Origin: a virus
Lineage: Duplodnaviria; Caudoviricetes
Reading direction: 5' to 3' (one strand)
IMG/VR virus record: IMGVR_UViG_3300020045_001505
Location: 1 to 43,467 of that record
DNA: 43,467 nucleotides
Shown here: positions 1 through 7,716 of the stretch, piece by piece
How the letters are laid out: each line of letters begins with the position of its first letter
How positions within the stretch are numbered: position 1 is the first letter of the stretch
Translations under genes and position numbers: made by a program
Notes under the pieces: model-generated
The model's database searches: none
What the model was told of the DNA's origin: nothing
What the model saw: only the letters and a program-made list of their open reading frames with translations

Positions 1-112
1 GGGGCAGGGGGTTGTATAGCCGGTATTCTGACGACATTTCCCCAACCCTTGAGATCATTAGGGGTAACAAGCCTTGGGATGAATCCCTTATTCAACGCCC
101 AGAGGCGACGAA

Positions 113-367
113 ATGAGTATATTCAAAGTTGGTGACGTTGTTCGTTTGAAATCCGGCGGGCCTGCAATGGTTGTGCGAGAAGCCAACACGAACTACGTGA
201 TATGCGTCTATACCGATGTCTTTGGGGACATTAAGGACGTTAGCATGGTGTCGGGATGGTTAACCCTAACCATGATGGACAAAACCCCTTGGGGGATGGG
301 CAGGAAAATTGAAACGATCAAGCAATATCCTCGAAACGGTTCAGCATCTTACGGACCTTATGGGTGA
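113..367 (+). CDS. YodC/DUF2158-like small beta-barrel protein
   Basis: N-terminus FKVGDVVRLKSGGPAMVV matches the DUF2158 signature; ATGA overlap with a partial upstream ORF ending at 116. Confidence 0.7.
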   Translation: MSIFKVGDVVRLKSGGPAMVVREANTNYVICVYTDVFGDIKDVSMVSGWLTLTMMDKTPWGMGRKIETIKQYPRNGSASYGPYG

Positions 368-372
368 GCCAG

Positions 373-489
373 ATGAACAACATCGTCGAAAAAGTAATCG
401 AGATGACCCTTGATGGTCGTCTCACATTGGTTTGGATTACCATCATCGGCATGGCAATTGTGCCTGTGCTGGATAAGTGGGGGAAGTGA
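373..489 (+). CDS. small membrane protein (38 aa)
   Basis: Read by hand: MNNIVEKVIEMTLDGRLTLVWITIIGMAIVPVLDKWGK; hydrophobic stretch; TGATG coupling to the next ORF. Confidence 0.45.
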   Translation: MNNIVEKVIEMTLDGRLTLVWITIIGMAIVPVLDKWGK

Positions 490-638
490 TGCAGTATATT
501 GAAGAGCTGCCTGATGGGCGGCGTGTCCAACGGACAGATTGGGACTACGTGCAGGTGAAACACCTGCGCAATTTTCAACAAATCATTGCGGCTGGGTCAG
601 TGTTGATCTATCGCCTCTTGCCCCCACGTAAGGTGTGA
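489..638 (+). CDS. hypothetical protein (49 aa)
   Basis: Read by hand: MQYIEELPDGRRVQRTDW...; overlaps its neighbours at both ends. Confidence 0.45.
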   Translation: MQYIEELPDGRRVQRTDWDYVQVKHLRNFQQIIAAGSVLIYRLLPPRKV

Positions 639-1102
639 AAATGGAGAGTCTCAAAAAGATTGAGGAAAAGATCTACCGTCTTCAGGAATCTCTTGATGGG
701 GTTCTTTATGAAGAGTTTGGTGCTGTGAGAGGTTTCTCTCCCCACTACACAGAGACGATCAAGCGGATTGAGTCTCTGATGGAAGAACGGAATAAGCTGA
801 TTGAGTTTCGTTCCGACCCATGCTATCTGAGTATTGTGTCAGCAGAAATTGAGGGTGGGAAAAACTGGAACGAGGATTGGGCAGAGATTTTCGGTGGGGT
901 TTGGGAGGACGCCCAGTCCGCCATTGAAGATGAGTCTGTTGACCTTGCAATAACGGTGTGTCAACACATTTTCCCCAATGCACACTACTCAATCTCCCCC
1001 GGTTTTACGAACCTTTCGGTGCCGCATTGTGAAACTCAAGGGGTATCAGGAGTCCCTGCCCGATCTCTGATGTCGGCAATTGTGCGGGCGTTGGTCAAAT
1101 AG
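635..1102 (+). CDS. hypothetical protein
   Basis: 155-aa ORF in the packed + strand run. Confidence 0.65.
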   Translation: MKMESLKKIEEKIYRLQESLDGVLYEEFGAVRGFSPHYTETIKRIESLMEERNKLIEFRSDPCYLSIVSAEIEGGKNWNEDWAEIFGGVWEDAQSAIEDESVDLAITVCQHIFPNAHYSISPGFTNLSVPHCETQGVSGVPARSLMSAIVRALVK

Positions 1103-1121
1103 AAAGAAAAGGGAAACAAGT

Positions 1122-1144
1122 GACACCTTCGGGTGTCTCTTTTT
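1122..1144 (+). terminator. putative intrinsic terminator
   Basis: GACACC-TTCG-GGTGTC hairpin followed by TCTTTTT. Confidence 0.6.
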
Positions 1145-1218
1145 CACCACCAATGTCCTGATGACAGGACGCACATCGGAGGATACCATGTTTTCTTTTC
1201 TTCGTAAGAGGGGGCCAA

Positions 1219-1410
1219 ATGTATAAAAAATTGATCCGAACCCAATACGTTAAACAACGTCTTGGGGATGGCCGTTGGCTGTTGAAGTCAGAGGTGACAC
1301 GCTGGGCAGATGATGGTTCCTCTCGTATCTTCACCAATTTTGTTGGTGAGGCTGACACAGAACAAGGAATTGACGCCCTGAAAAAGAAGGTGGAAAATGC
1401 AACTCGATGA
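1219..1410 (+). CDS. hypothetical protein
   Basis: 63-aa ORF with GAGGGG SD. Confidence 0.55.
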   Translation: MYKKLIRTQYVKQRLGDGRWLLKSEVTRWADDGSSRIFTNFVGEADTEQGIDALKKKVENATR

Positions 1411-1548
1411 AAAGAAGGTGCGATTTTGGGAGCTTGTTTTGGAGGTTGCATCTGCCGGGCGGAGGGGAGACGCAACACTCTCCCTCGAATTACGCTGGAA
1501 GAGGAACACGCTTTTTCTGGAGATCATTGAGGAAGAGAGGGCTAAGAA

Positions 1549-1785
1549 ATGGAACTGAAAGCTGGAAAGCGATACGAAACCGCCAATGGCGATGTTTTCA
1601 AGGTGCGGAAATTTGACCGTGAGTTCTTTGACTTTAACGACAATACGTCATACCTCTGGAAATCGGATGGCAAAGGTATTCACACCCCGGACCTAATCCG
1701 CCGTCATTACTGGAAACCGCAGCACATTGCCAAACTGGGCTTGAAGATGGTGACGAAGTTATTGGGGGTAAAAAGTGGTGGATGA
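1549..1785 (+). CDS. hypothetical protein
   Basis: MELKAGKRYETANGDV start typical of small phage beta-barrel proteins. Confidence 0.6.
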   Translation: MELKAGKRYETANGDVFKVRKFDREFFDFNDNTSYLWKSDGKGIHTPDLIRRHYWKPQHIAKLGLKMVTKLLGVKSGG

Positions 1786-1950
1786 AGACCTTAGAGAGAT
1801 GCTGGTTCAGGTTCTATTGGGACTCAGCTTTGTGGGTTGGTTCATTGTGGCAATCGCAACATTTCCGATTATCATTGTGATGATCTTTGGTGGGGTGATG
1901 GCTGCATTGCCAGTTTATGTTGGGTGGAAAATCTGGAAAGGGGTGGACAA

Positions 1951-2304
1951 ATGAAGGCATTTAGCAAACTAACCCGCGATGAGAAACTGGAACTGTTGAC
2001 CGCGTGGGTGGATGGGGGAGTGATTGAGTATGATGCCGGGAAAGGTTGGTTGAAAGTAGATCGGCCAACATGGAATCCAGATTTCACCTACCGCATCAAA
2101 TCCGCCATCCTAGAAGTCGGCAAGACGTATGCGGATAAATATGGCGACAAATGGACGTGTATTGCGGTAGATGACACATACGCTTACATGCGTCTTGGCA
2201 AGGGGGGTCCCGCATACGCTTGGCATCTTAACGGCGTATCTAAAGCACACATCAGCAGCACATACAACGTCAACCCCTCCAAACCTGTGGAAGTGGGCAA
2301 ATGA
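1951..2304 (+). CDS. hypothetical protein
   Basis: Start moved to ATG 1951 (MKAFSKLT) behind GGTGG; contains PTWNPDFTYRIK and LEVGKTYADKYG segments. Confidence 0.6.
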   Translation: MKAFSKLTRDEKLELLTAWVDGGVIEYDAGKGWLKVDRPTWNPDFTYRIKSAILEVGKTYADKYGDKWTCIAVDDTYAYMRLGKGGPAYAWHLNGVSKAHISSTYNVNPSKPVEVGK

Positions 2305-2597
2305 CCCCCTTTGGTGAGCTTACACAAAAAGAACAAGAAGCAGTGACTTACTACATGATTGAACACAGAAAGCAAACGTTGACCCCCACAGAGGGTTCTA
2401 AGCGTCGTTGCTATGACGGATGTTTTCATCCGGATGATTGGGAGTATGGTTGGACAAACTGGGATTGGCTAAACCTAAAGCTAACCCTAGAGCAAGCAAA
2501 AGAAAGACTTAAGTTCTGGGAAGAGCTTAGTTCTGGTGCGGGTAAACCCACTCAATACCGCATTAGTGTTGATACTGTCTATAATGGGACATGGTAA
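2301..2597 (+). CDS. hypothetical protein
   Basis: ATGA overlap with the previous gene. Confidence 0.55.
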   Translation: MTPFGELTQKEQEAVTYYMIEHRKQTLTPTEGSKRRCYDGCFHPDDWEYGWTNWDWLNLKLTLEQAKERLKFWEELSSGAGKPTQYRISVDTVYNGTW

Positions 2598-2980
2598 TGG
2601 AAAAACAATTTATCGAGACAGCCGCTAAAGAGGTGGCAATGGCGTTGAAAGATGCGGCGGCGGAATATGGGCCGCAGGCGTTGGATATGTTGACACTCGT
2701 TTATCGAATGTCTGCGCTTCAAAGTATTATTGTCGGGATCGTATTCGCCATTACCTCTTTGGCGATCTTTCGGGTGGCGTTTAAGGTTAAGGCGCTTCTA
2801 GCCCAACACAATGGGGATGGGGCGGAATACGTCCCGTTCGCTATTGGGTGTGGGCTCGCGGGTATTTTCGCTGTAACTGCTATCGCCCACATTGTAGACA
2901 TCTACAATTGGGCCGCAATCTTTGGCTACCCAGAAGTGCTGATTGCCTATAAGGCATTGGTCGCTGCTGGACTGATGTAA
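2597..2980 (+). CDS. membrane protein
   Basis: Two to three hydrophobic segments; TAATG coupling. Confidence 0.6.
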   Translation: MEKQFIETAAKEVAMALKDAAAEYGPQALDMLTLVYRMSALQSIIVGIVFAITSLAIFRVAFKVKALLAQHNGDGAEYVPFAIGCGLAGIFAVTAIAHIVDIYNWAAIFGYPEVLIAYKALVAAGLM

Positions 2981-2986
2981 CCTTTC

Positions 2987-3068
2987 GGGTGTGTATCTTA
3001 ACCGCCTTCTAAGCGGACGTTAAATAAGTAATTGGAGTATGCGGGTTCGAGTCCTGCCACACCCACCA
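2987..3068 (+). tRNA. non-canonical tRNA-Arg(UCU)-like RNA lacking a D-arm
   Basis: 7-bp acceptor GGGTGTG/CACACCC plus ACCA end; T-arm GCGGG-TTCGAGT-CCTGC; anticodon hairpin CCGC-CTTCTAA-GCGG starting only ~8 nt after the acceptor stem. Confidence 0.75.
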
Positions 3069-3082
3069 TTTTGGCTATTACA

Positions 3083-3502
3083 ATGAAAGCACTTCTTCTC
3101 CTCCCTCTTCTCTCGTCCCCCTCTTATGGTAAGGTAGTCACCTATGACGTAGGAGGGGAGGTTGATAAATACATTTCCATGGCAACCTCCCTTGAGAAAT
3201 CGGGGGAGGTTGTTGTCATTTCAGGCACATGTTTATCTGCTTGCACCCTTTTGCTTGCCTCTTCAACAACATGTGTCACAAAAGATTCTGTGCTAGGTTT
3301 TCATGGCCCCTCTACGAGAGTGGGCCTCCCCCTCCCCAAAACTATTTATGACAGGACGGTGAGGATGATGGCTTCTCAATACCCACCAGCACTAGCTGAG
3401 TGGTTCTTAAAGGGGCCAGCTAAAACTACTGACATCCACTACCTTAGTGGAGAGCAAGCAGCTTTCTATGGGGTGACAATTTGTGAGGAGAAACGAGGAT
3501 GA
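3083..3502 (+). CDS. exported ClpP/crotonase-fold-like protein
   Basis: Signal-peptide-like MKALLLLPLL; GG, GTCLSAC and LGFH motifs. Confidence 0.55.
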   Translation: MKALLLLPLLSSPSYGKVVTYDVGGEVDKYISMATSLEKSGEVVVISGTCLSACTLLLASSTTCVTKDSVLGFHGPSTRVGLPLPKTIYDRTVRMMASQYPPALAEWFLKGPAKTTDIHYLSGEQAAFYGVTICEEKRG

Positions 3503-3595
3503 GAAATGAGCATGGGTGAAACACCCCCGTCCGCGAAAATATTGGCGCTTATCGGTGTTAAGGCCGTGCAGGCAACCACATACATCAGGTGTTAG

Positions 3596-4048
3596 ATGGA
3601 AGAGTTCCCTGACCCTACTCCTGTGGGGATGGATGACCTCACGGACTCACAAATCTCCAAACTCTATGCGGAAATTGAAGGTATGCGCCTCCTAAAAGCC
3701 CGCTTCGAACGGAAATTTTACACTCTTCCAGCCCAAAAAGGCGTTGTGTCGGGAGGTTGTGGTGGTCCACTCCTAGAGACCCTTGCCGAAAGGGTTGTGC
3801 GCCTCGTCATGGAGAGGTATCAGCGTGAAAGTGCAGCCACACAGGCTGAGATATATACACGTAGCAGGGAATTTCTGAAAGAGGTCTACCCAGAGGTCTA
3901 TAAAGAATCCCTGTCCCAAGAGGCTAAACTACAACACATTAGGAAATGGGCCTCTGGACTAGTCCAAAAGGGAGTGCTAGTAAACACCCCAGAATACAGA
4001 GAAGAACGAAGGAAGTTCAAGGAACTAACCGGATATAGAGAGGTTTGA
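3596..4048 (+). CDS. hypothetical protein
   Basis: 150-aa ORF; start uncertain. Confidence 0.55.
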   Translation: MEEFPDPTPVGMDDLTDSQISKLYAEIEGMRLLKARFERKFYTLPAQKGVVSGGCGGPLLETLAERVVRLVMERYQRESAATQAEIYTRSREFLKEVYPEVYKESLSQEAKLQHIRKWASGLVQKGVLVNTPEYREERRKFKELTGYREV

Positions 4049-4176
4049 CGTGAAACAGTTTTCTCTTGAGTTGTCAGATGACATTTGGAGGGTGTATGAA
4101 GAAGAGCCTAACAAAGGTTCTTCTCCCCTTCTTCGTCGTTGTGTCTTCATCTCCCCCTTTAAGCAAGAGGCCCAAC

Positions 4177-4374
4177 ATGAATACGAAAAACGAAGATTGG
4201 CTAATCGTCATCCCTTCTGAAGGGGTGACATGCCATGTCTATGGGACATGGAAAGAGGTGAAGGAAGAGATCAATAACCCCGTGCTGTCTCTTGTCCATC
4301 TTGAGGACATGTGTATCCTCAGGAAAGTGAGGGGGAGTTGGGTTAATTACGAGGTTCCAAAATGTTTGAGGTAG
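4177..4374 (+). CDS. hypothetical protein
   Basis: ATG 4177 behind GAGG. Confidence 0.45.
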   Translation: MNTKNEDWLIVIPSEGVTCHVYGTWKEVKEEINNPVLSLVHLEDMCILRKVRGSWVNYEVPKCLR

Positions 4375-4589
4375 GTGATATTGTATGCCTAAAGTGGGGC
4401 AGCACCAACGCATACATTGCGGTAGTCACCAAGGTGGTGGACCACCTTGTAACCTGCAACTGGTTCGATTCAGACGTTAATATCGGGAGTGTTGATTACG
4501 ACGAATCAAAACTCACCAAAGCTCCTCCGAACCACCCCCTCTACCCCTCCATAATGGAATATTTTGGGAGTCTTGACCTATGGCTTTGA
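4362..4589 (+). CDS. YodC-like beta-barrel protein with LxxWL C-terminus
   Basis: MFEVGDIVCLK...VTCNWFD; ends SLDLWL*. Confidence 0.65.
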   Translation: MFEVGDIVCLKWGSTNAYIAVVTKVVDHLVTCNWFDSDVNIGSVDYDESKLTKAPPNHPLYPSIMEYFGSLDLWL

Positions 4590-4858
4590 AAAACCCTGCC
4601 AGATGGATTGAAGAGTGGGAACAAAATCGTCCTATACACTGGGGCGCTTTTCGTGAGCTGTCTGCGGTGGAAGTAGCAGAGAAAGTTCTTGAGAACCAAG
4701 AAAATATTATGGGACTCAGGTGGGATTGGCTTGAAAAGTTTATCCCTCAAGACTTGATAAGGGATTACCATGAAGGTAAAAGATGTGAGAGTGTTGGTGC
4801 CTTCTTTTTAGGGGTGCTTCAACTGTGTCAACCCAAAAGGCTAGAGGACTGGCTATGA
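4580..4858 (+). CDS. helical-family protein with LxxWL C-terminus
   Basis: Ends PKRLEDWL*; core aligns without gaps to ORFs 11443, 12194 and 12520. Confidence 0.65.
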   Translation: MALKNPARWIEEWEQNRPIHWGAFRELSAVEVAEKVLENQENIMGLRWDWLEKFIPQDLIRDYHEGKRCESVGAFFLGVLQLCQPKRLEDWL

Positions 4859-5214
4859 AACTGTTTGTCTATGGAACGCTGAAGAGTGGACACTACAACA
4901 ACCGTCTGCTTCTTCGTTCAACCTTGTTGGGGGAGGGGGTGACGAAAGACACCTACCTCCTCTACAATCGAGGGTTTCCTGTGGCTGTCGCAAGTCAATC
5001 TGCCAAGGCCCTCCCTGTAAGGGGGGAAGTGTGGGAAGTGGATGAAGACATCATCAGTATTGATCGGTTGGAGGGACACCCCAACTGGTATCAACGACAA
5101 GAGGTGAAGGTTGATGTCAACGGGGAAGAAGTGATTGCATGGATGTATCTCCAACCTAATAGTTTAGGAGACTACCTATGTAATAGTCTTAATAATGTTT
5201 ATTATTGGGACTAA
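4855..5214 (+). CDS. gamma-glutamylcyclotransferase (AIG2-like/GGACT)
   Basis: LFVYGTLK, VRGEVWEV, DRLEGHPNWYQR motifs; ATGA overlap and GAGGA SD. Confidence 0.9.
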   Translation: MKLFVYGTLKSGHYNNRLLLRSTLLGEGVTKDTYLLYNRGFPVAVASQSAKALPVRGEVWEVDEDIISIDRLEGHPNWYQRQEVKVDVNGEEVIAWMYLQPNSLGDYLCNSLNNVYYWD

Positions 5215-5230
5215 TTTTTAACCCCCTAAA

Positions 5231-5282
5231 CATATATAGGTTGTTTTCTCCCTTTGTCAAGGGGCAGGAGAAAATATTTTTT
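5231..5282 (-). promoter_or_regulatory. sigma70-type promoter, antisense orientation
   Basis: On the - strand: AAAAATATTT-N11-TTGACA(5260-5255)-N16-TATATA(5238-5233); same motif at 11749, 17310 and 38801. Confidence 0.65.
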
Positions 5283-5322
5283 AGGGTGTGAGGAGATGAG
5301 ATATATGTAGGAACAATGGTGA

Positions 5323-5394
5323 AGGCTCCCTCACAAAGAAATTCCCAACTACCTAACCCCAATAACGCACACACAACTAGAGGATTGGCTATGA
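5323..5394 (+). pseudogene. remnant of an LxxWL-tail gene
   Basis: Frame reads RLPHKEIPNYLTPITHTQLEDWL* with in-frame stops upstream (5308, 5320) and no start. Confidence 0.55.
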
Positions 5395-6251
5395 CTAATA
5401 TCATTCTCCGTCGCCCTAAGCTGGGACGAGCAACGAAACACGTTGTGGAGCAAGCAGCTTTTCTTGATAAGGTGGTTCGTAATGATAAACCCCTTCCCCC
5501 CAACTTGAACTACGTGTTTCGTTGGGGCACCACCACCAACGTAAATGCCACCCACATCGTCAACTCAGCGGGGGCAATTCACAAGGTTAATGACAAGGCA
5601 GGCTTCCGTCGCATCCTAATGGCTGCGCAGAGGCCCGGAGAGGCCCCTCTGAGCCCCTTTACGGTGTTCTCAGCCCCTACCCCTGCTGACGAAGCCAACG
5701 GCCTTGTATGGCCCCTTGTGGTGCGTCCTCAGACACATGCCCAAGGGAAGCATGTCTACAAGGTGAACAACCAAGCCGAGCTTGCAGCGGCTGCTGCCCG
5801 TTGTGGTGGTGGTTGGTATGCTGCCAACTACATCAACAAGGTGGCTGAATATCGTGTCACCTTTGTCCAAGGACGTGTGGTTTGGGTGGCTCGTAAAACC
5901 CCCGGCAACCCTGAAGATGTTGCATGGAATGTGGCGCGGGGCGGACGTTTTGATAACGTGCGTTTTGATGAATGGCCCCTCAAGGCTATTCGTATCTCCC
6001 GTGAGGCTTTCCTCCTTAGCTCCCTTGATTTTGGGGCTGTTGATGTGATGGTGGATGGGGATGGTAATGCGTATGTGTTGGAAATCAACAGCGCACCCTC
6101 TCAGACAAGTCCATATCGTCAAAGCTGTATGGCGAAGGCGTTTGACTACATCATTGCCAATGGGGCTGCACCTATTGGTGTGACACAAGATCGTGGTGGG
6201 TGGAAGAAGTTTGTCCATCCCGCTGTTTCCGAAGAAGCAATCATGGTGTGA
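5391..6251 (+). CDS. ATP-grasp peptide ligase
   Basis: VNDK, WPLVVRP, EYRV, DFGAVDV and VLEINSAP ATP-grasp motifs; start at ATG 5391 with GAGGA SD. Confidence 0.88.
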   Translation: MTNIILRRPKLGRATKHVVEQAAFLDKVVRNDKPLPPNLNYVFRWGTTTNVNATHIVNSAGAIHKVNDKAGFRRILMAAQRPGEAPLSPFTVFSAPTPADEANGLVWPLVVRPQTHAQGKHVYKVNNQAELAAAAARCGGGWYAANYINKVAEYRVTFVQGRVVWVARKTPGNPEDVAWNVARGGRFDNVRFDEWPLKAIRISREAFLLSSLDFGAVDVMVDGDGNAYVLEINSAPSQTSPYRQSCMAKAFDYIIANGAAPIGVTQDRGGWKKFVHPAVSEEAIMV

Positions 6252-6254
6252 GAC

Positions 6255-7109
6255 ATGTTTATTAAGGAACGGAAGGCCCTCCAAAAGACGGCCACGCAAG
6301 AGTGCAATGGTCATGGCAATAACAATGCCTACTTCTCGTGGATTTACGACACTGACACAGGCCCCAAGTTTGGCACCCCTCGCTGGGGGTATTGCCATGG
6401 CGACCTGATGTCTGACCGTGGGTATGTCCCCAAAAATACCACACACCTGTGTGTTGGCATCACCCCCTTGAAAGTGGATGAGACGGAAGCCCTTCGCTAC
6501 TATGACTGGCTTCTTAATCGTTCTCCCTTTGCGGACATCTTTTTGGAGAAAGATGTCTCCAATATCTTGGAGGTGGGGCTCCTGCTGTCAACTGACCATC
6601 CCAACAACCTTGTGTTGTTGGCCCTGATTGCTTCTCGATGGGCGACAGAAATCCACAGCAAAGAGATCACTGCTCGTTGGCCCACTTACCAGAAGCTGTT
6701 GAAAGCTGGGGCCACTGAGAACGAGGCCTTTATCTTTGCCCATCTGTTTAATGGGAAAGATGGTGGGACGGTGTTGCAACGCTTGCATAACGGACACTCA
6801 GTGTTTGACCTGCAAGACGCCAATGAGAAAGTATATCGTAACTTCCTCGAAAACACCCCAGAGAAACGTCTCCAAACGTTCAAAGAGAGGTGTGGTTACG
6901 CCAGCTCTGGCAATGTTGGGGCAAACACTTGGGGTGAACGGCGCTCAGACGCCTTCTTCTCTTGGATGAAAACCCTGAAACCCCGTCGCCTCGTGGTCCA
7001 ATGTGACCACAACATCTTCCGTAAGAAGTCCCAAGAGGGTTTTATTATTGCAGATGTCCCAGACCTCTCTGACATCATCAAACAAATCAAGGAGCGAATT
7101 TATGCCTAA
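6255..7109 (+). CDS. hypothetical protein of the ligase cluster
   Basis: 284-aa ORF between the ATP-grasp and GATase genes. Confidence 0.75.
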   Translation: MFIKERKALQKTATQECNGHGNNNAYFSWIYDTDTGPKFGTPRWGYCHGDLMSDRGYVPKNTTHLCVGITPLKVDETEALRYYDWLLNRSPFADIFLEKDVSNILEVGLLLSTDHPNNLVLLALIASRWATEIHSKEITARWPTYQKLLKAGATENEAFIFAHLFNGKDGGTVLQRLHNGHSVFDLQDANEKVYRNFLENTPEKRLQTFKERCGYASSGNVGANTWGERRSDAFFSWMKTLKPRRLVVQCDHNIFRKKSQEGFIIADVPDLSDIIKQIKERIYA

Positions 7110-7716
7110 GGTGGCAATCGTTGGACTTGACTTTCAAGTTCGTCAAATGTTTATGAAAAGAGGTTGGTCTGTCGTCGAGAATGACGGGGACGCCGATCTG
7201 ATTGTATTCACTGGGGGGTCTGATGTTGACCCCTCATATTACGGGGAAGCGAAACACCCTGCCACTCGTTCAGACCCTAGCAGGGATGCACGAGAGGCCA
7301 CTGTCTATAACCGGGAGAAGGGTGGTCCAGCTTTTGCAGGGATTTGTCGTGGTGGACAATTCCTGAATGTAATGAATGGCGGCAAGATGTGGCAGCATGT
7401 CACCGAACACGCCACTGGTCGTCTCCACCCTGCGACGTGCCTCCTTACGGATAAGGATGTCATTGTCACCTCGACACACCATCAGATGATGATCCCCGGC
7501 CCTGACGCCACCCTTCTCCTCGTCGCTGACATCTGCCAATCCAAGCAGGGGGCAGACAAGCAAGAGGTTGGGAACCAAAGCCCCGACGTGGAAGCCCTGT
7601 TCTATCCAGCCACTCGGTCGTTGTGTTTCCAGCCTCACCCTGAGTATGTAGGTATTGCGCATGAGTGCCAATGCCTGTTCTTTGAATACATTGAAAAACT
7701 TATGGAGATTAAGTGA
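7102..7716 (+). CDS. class I glutamine amidotransferase-like / peptidase C26
   Basis: TGGSDVDP, GICRGGQ (nucleophile elbow), STHHQ and FQPHPE triad motifs; AAGGAG SD. Confidence 0.9.
   Translation: MPKVAIVGLDFQVRQMFMKRGWSVVENDGDADLIVFTGGSDVDPSYYGEAKHPATRSDPSRDAREATVYNREKGGPAFAGICRGGQFLNVMNGGKMWQHVTEHATGRLHPATCLLTDKDVIVTSTHHQMMIPGPDATLLLVADICQSKQGADKQEVGNQSPDVEALFYPATRSLCFQPHPEYVGIAHECQCLFFEYIEKLMEIK

Noticed and set aside
1110-1172. Hammerhead ribozyme (CTGATGA and GAAAC present)
   Set aside because: CTGATGA is locked in its own hairpin, and stems II and III cannot be formed in any permutation I tried
3006-3013. Amber suppressor (CUA) reading of the tRNA-like RNA
   Set aside because: The CCGC/GCGG stem centres the 7-nt loop on TCT, and TAG serves as a normal stop in several genes
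3506-3598. In-frame upstream extension of ORF 3596 across a TAG (possible readthrough)
   Set aside because: Single case with no homology evidence that the upstream segment is coding
4189-4203. EDWL near the N-terminus of ORF 4177
   Set aside because: Not C-terminal and lacks the upstream Leu; treated as chance
5670-6446. 258-aa - strand ORF starting MCGIFG (GATase-like start)
   Set aside because: Antisense shadow of the ATP-grasp gene, with no further GATase motifs
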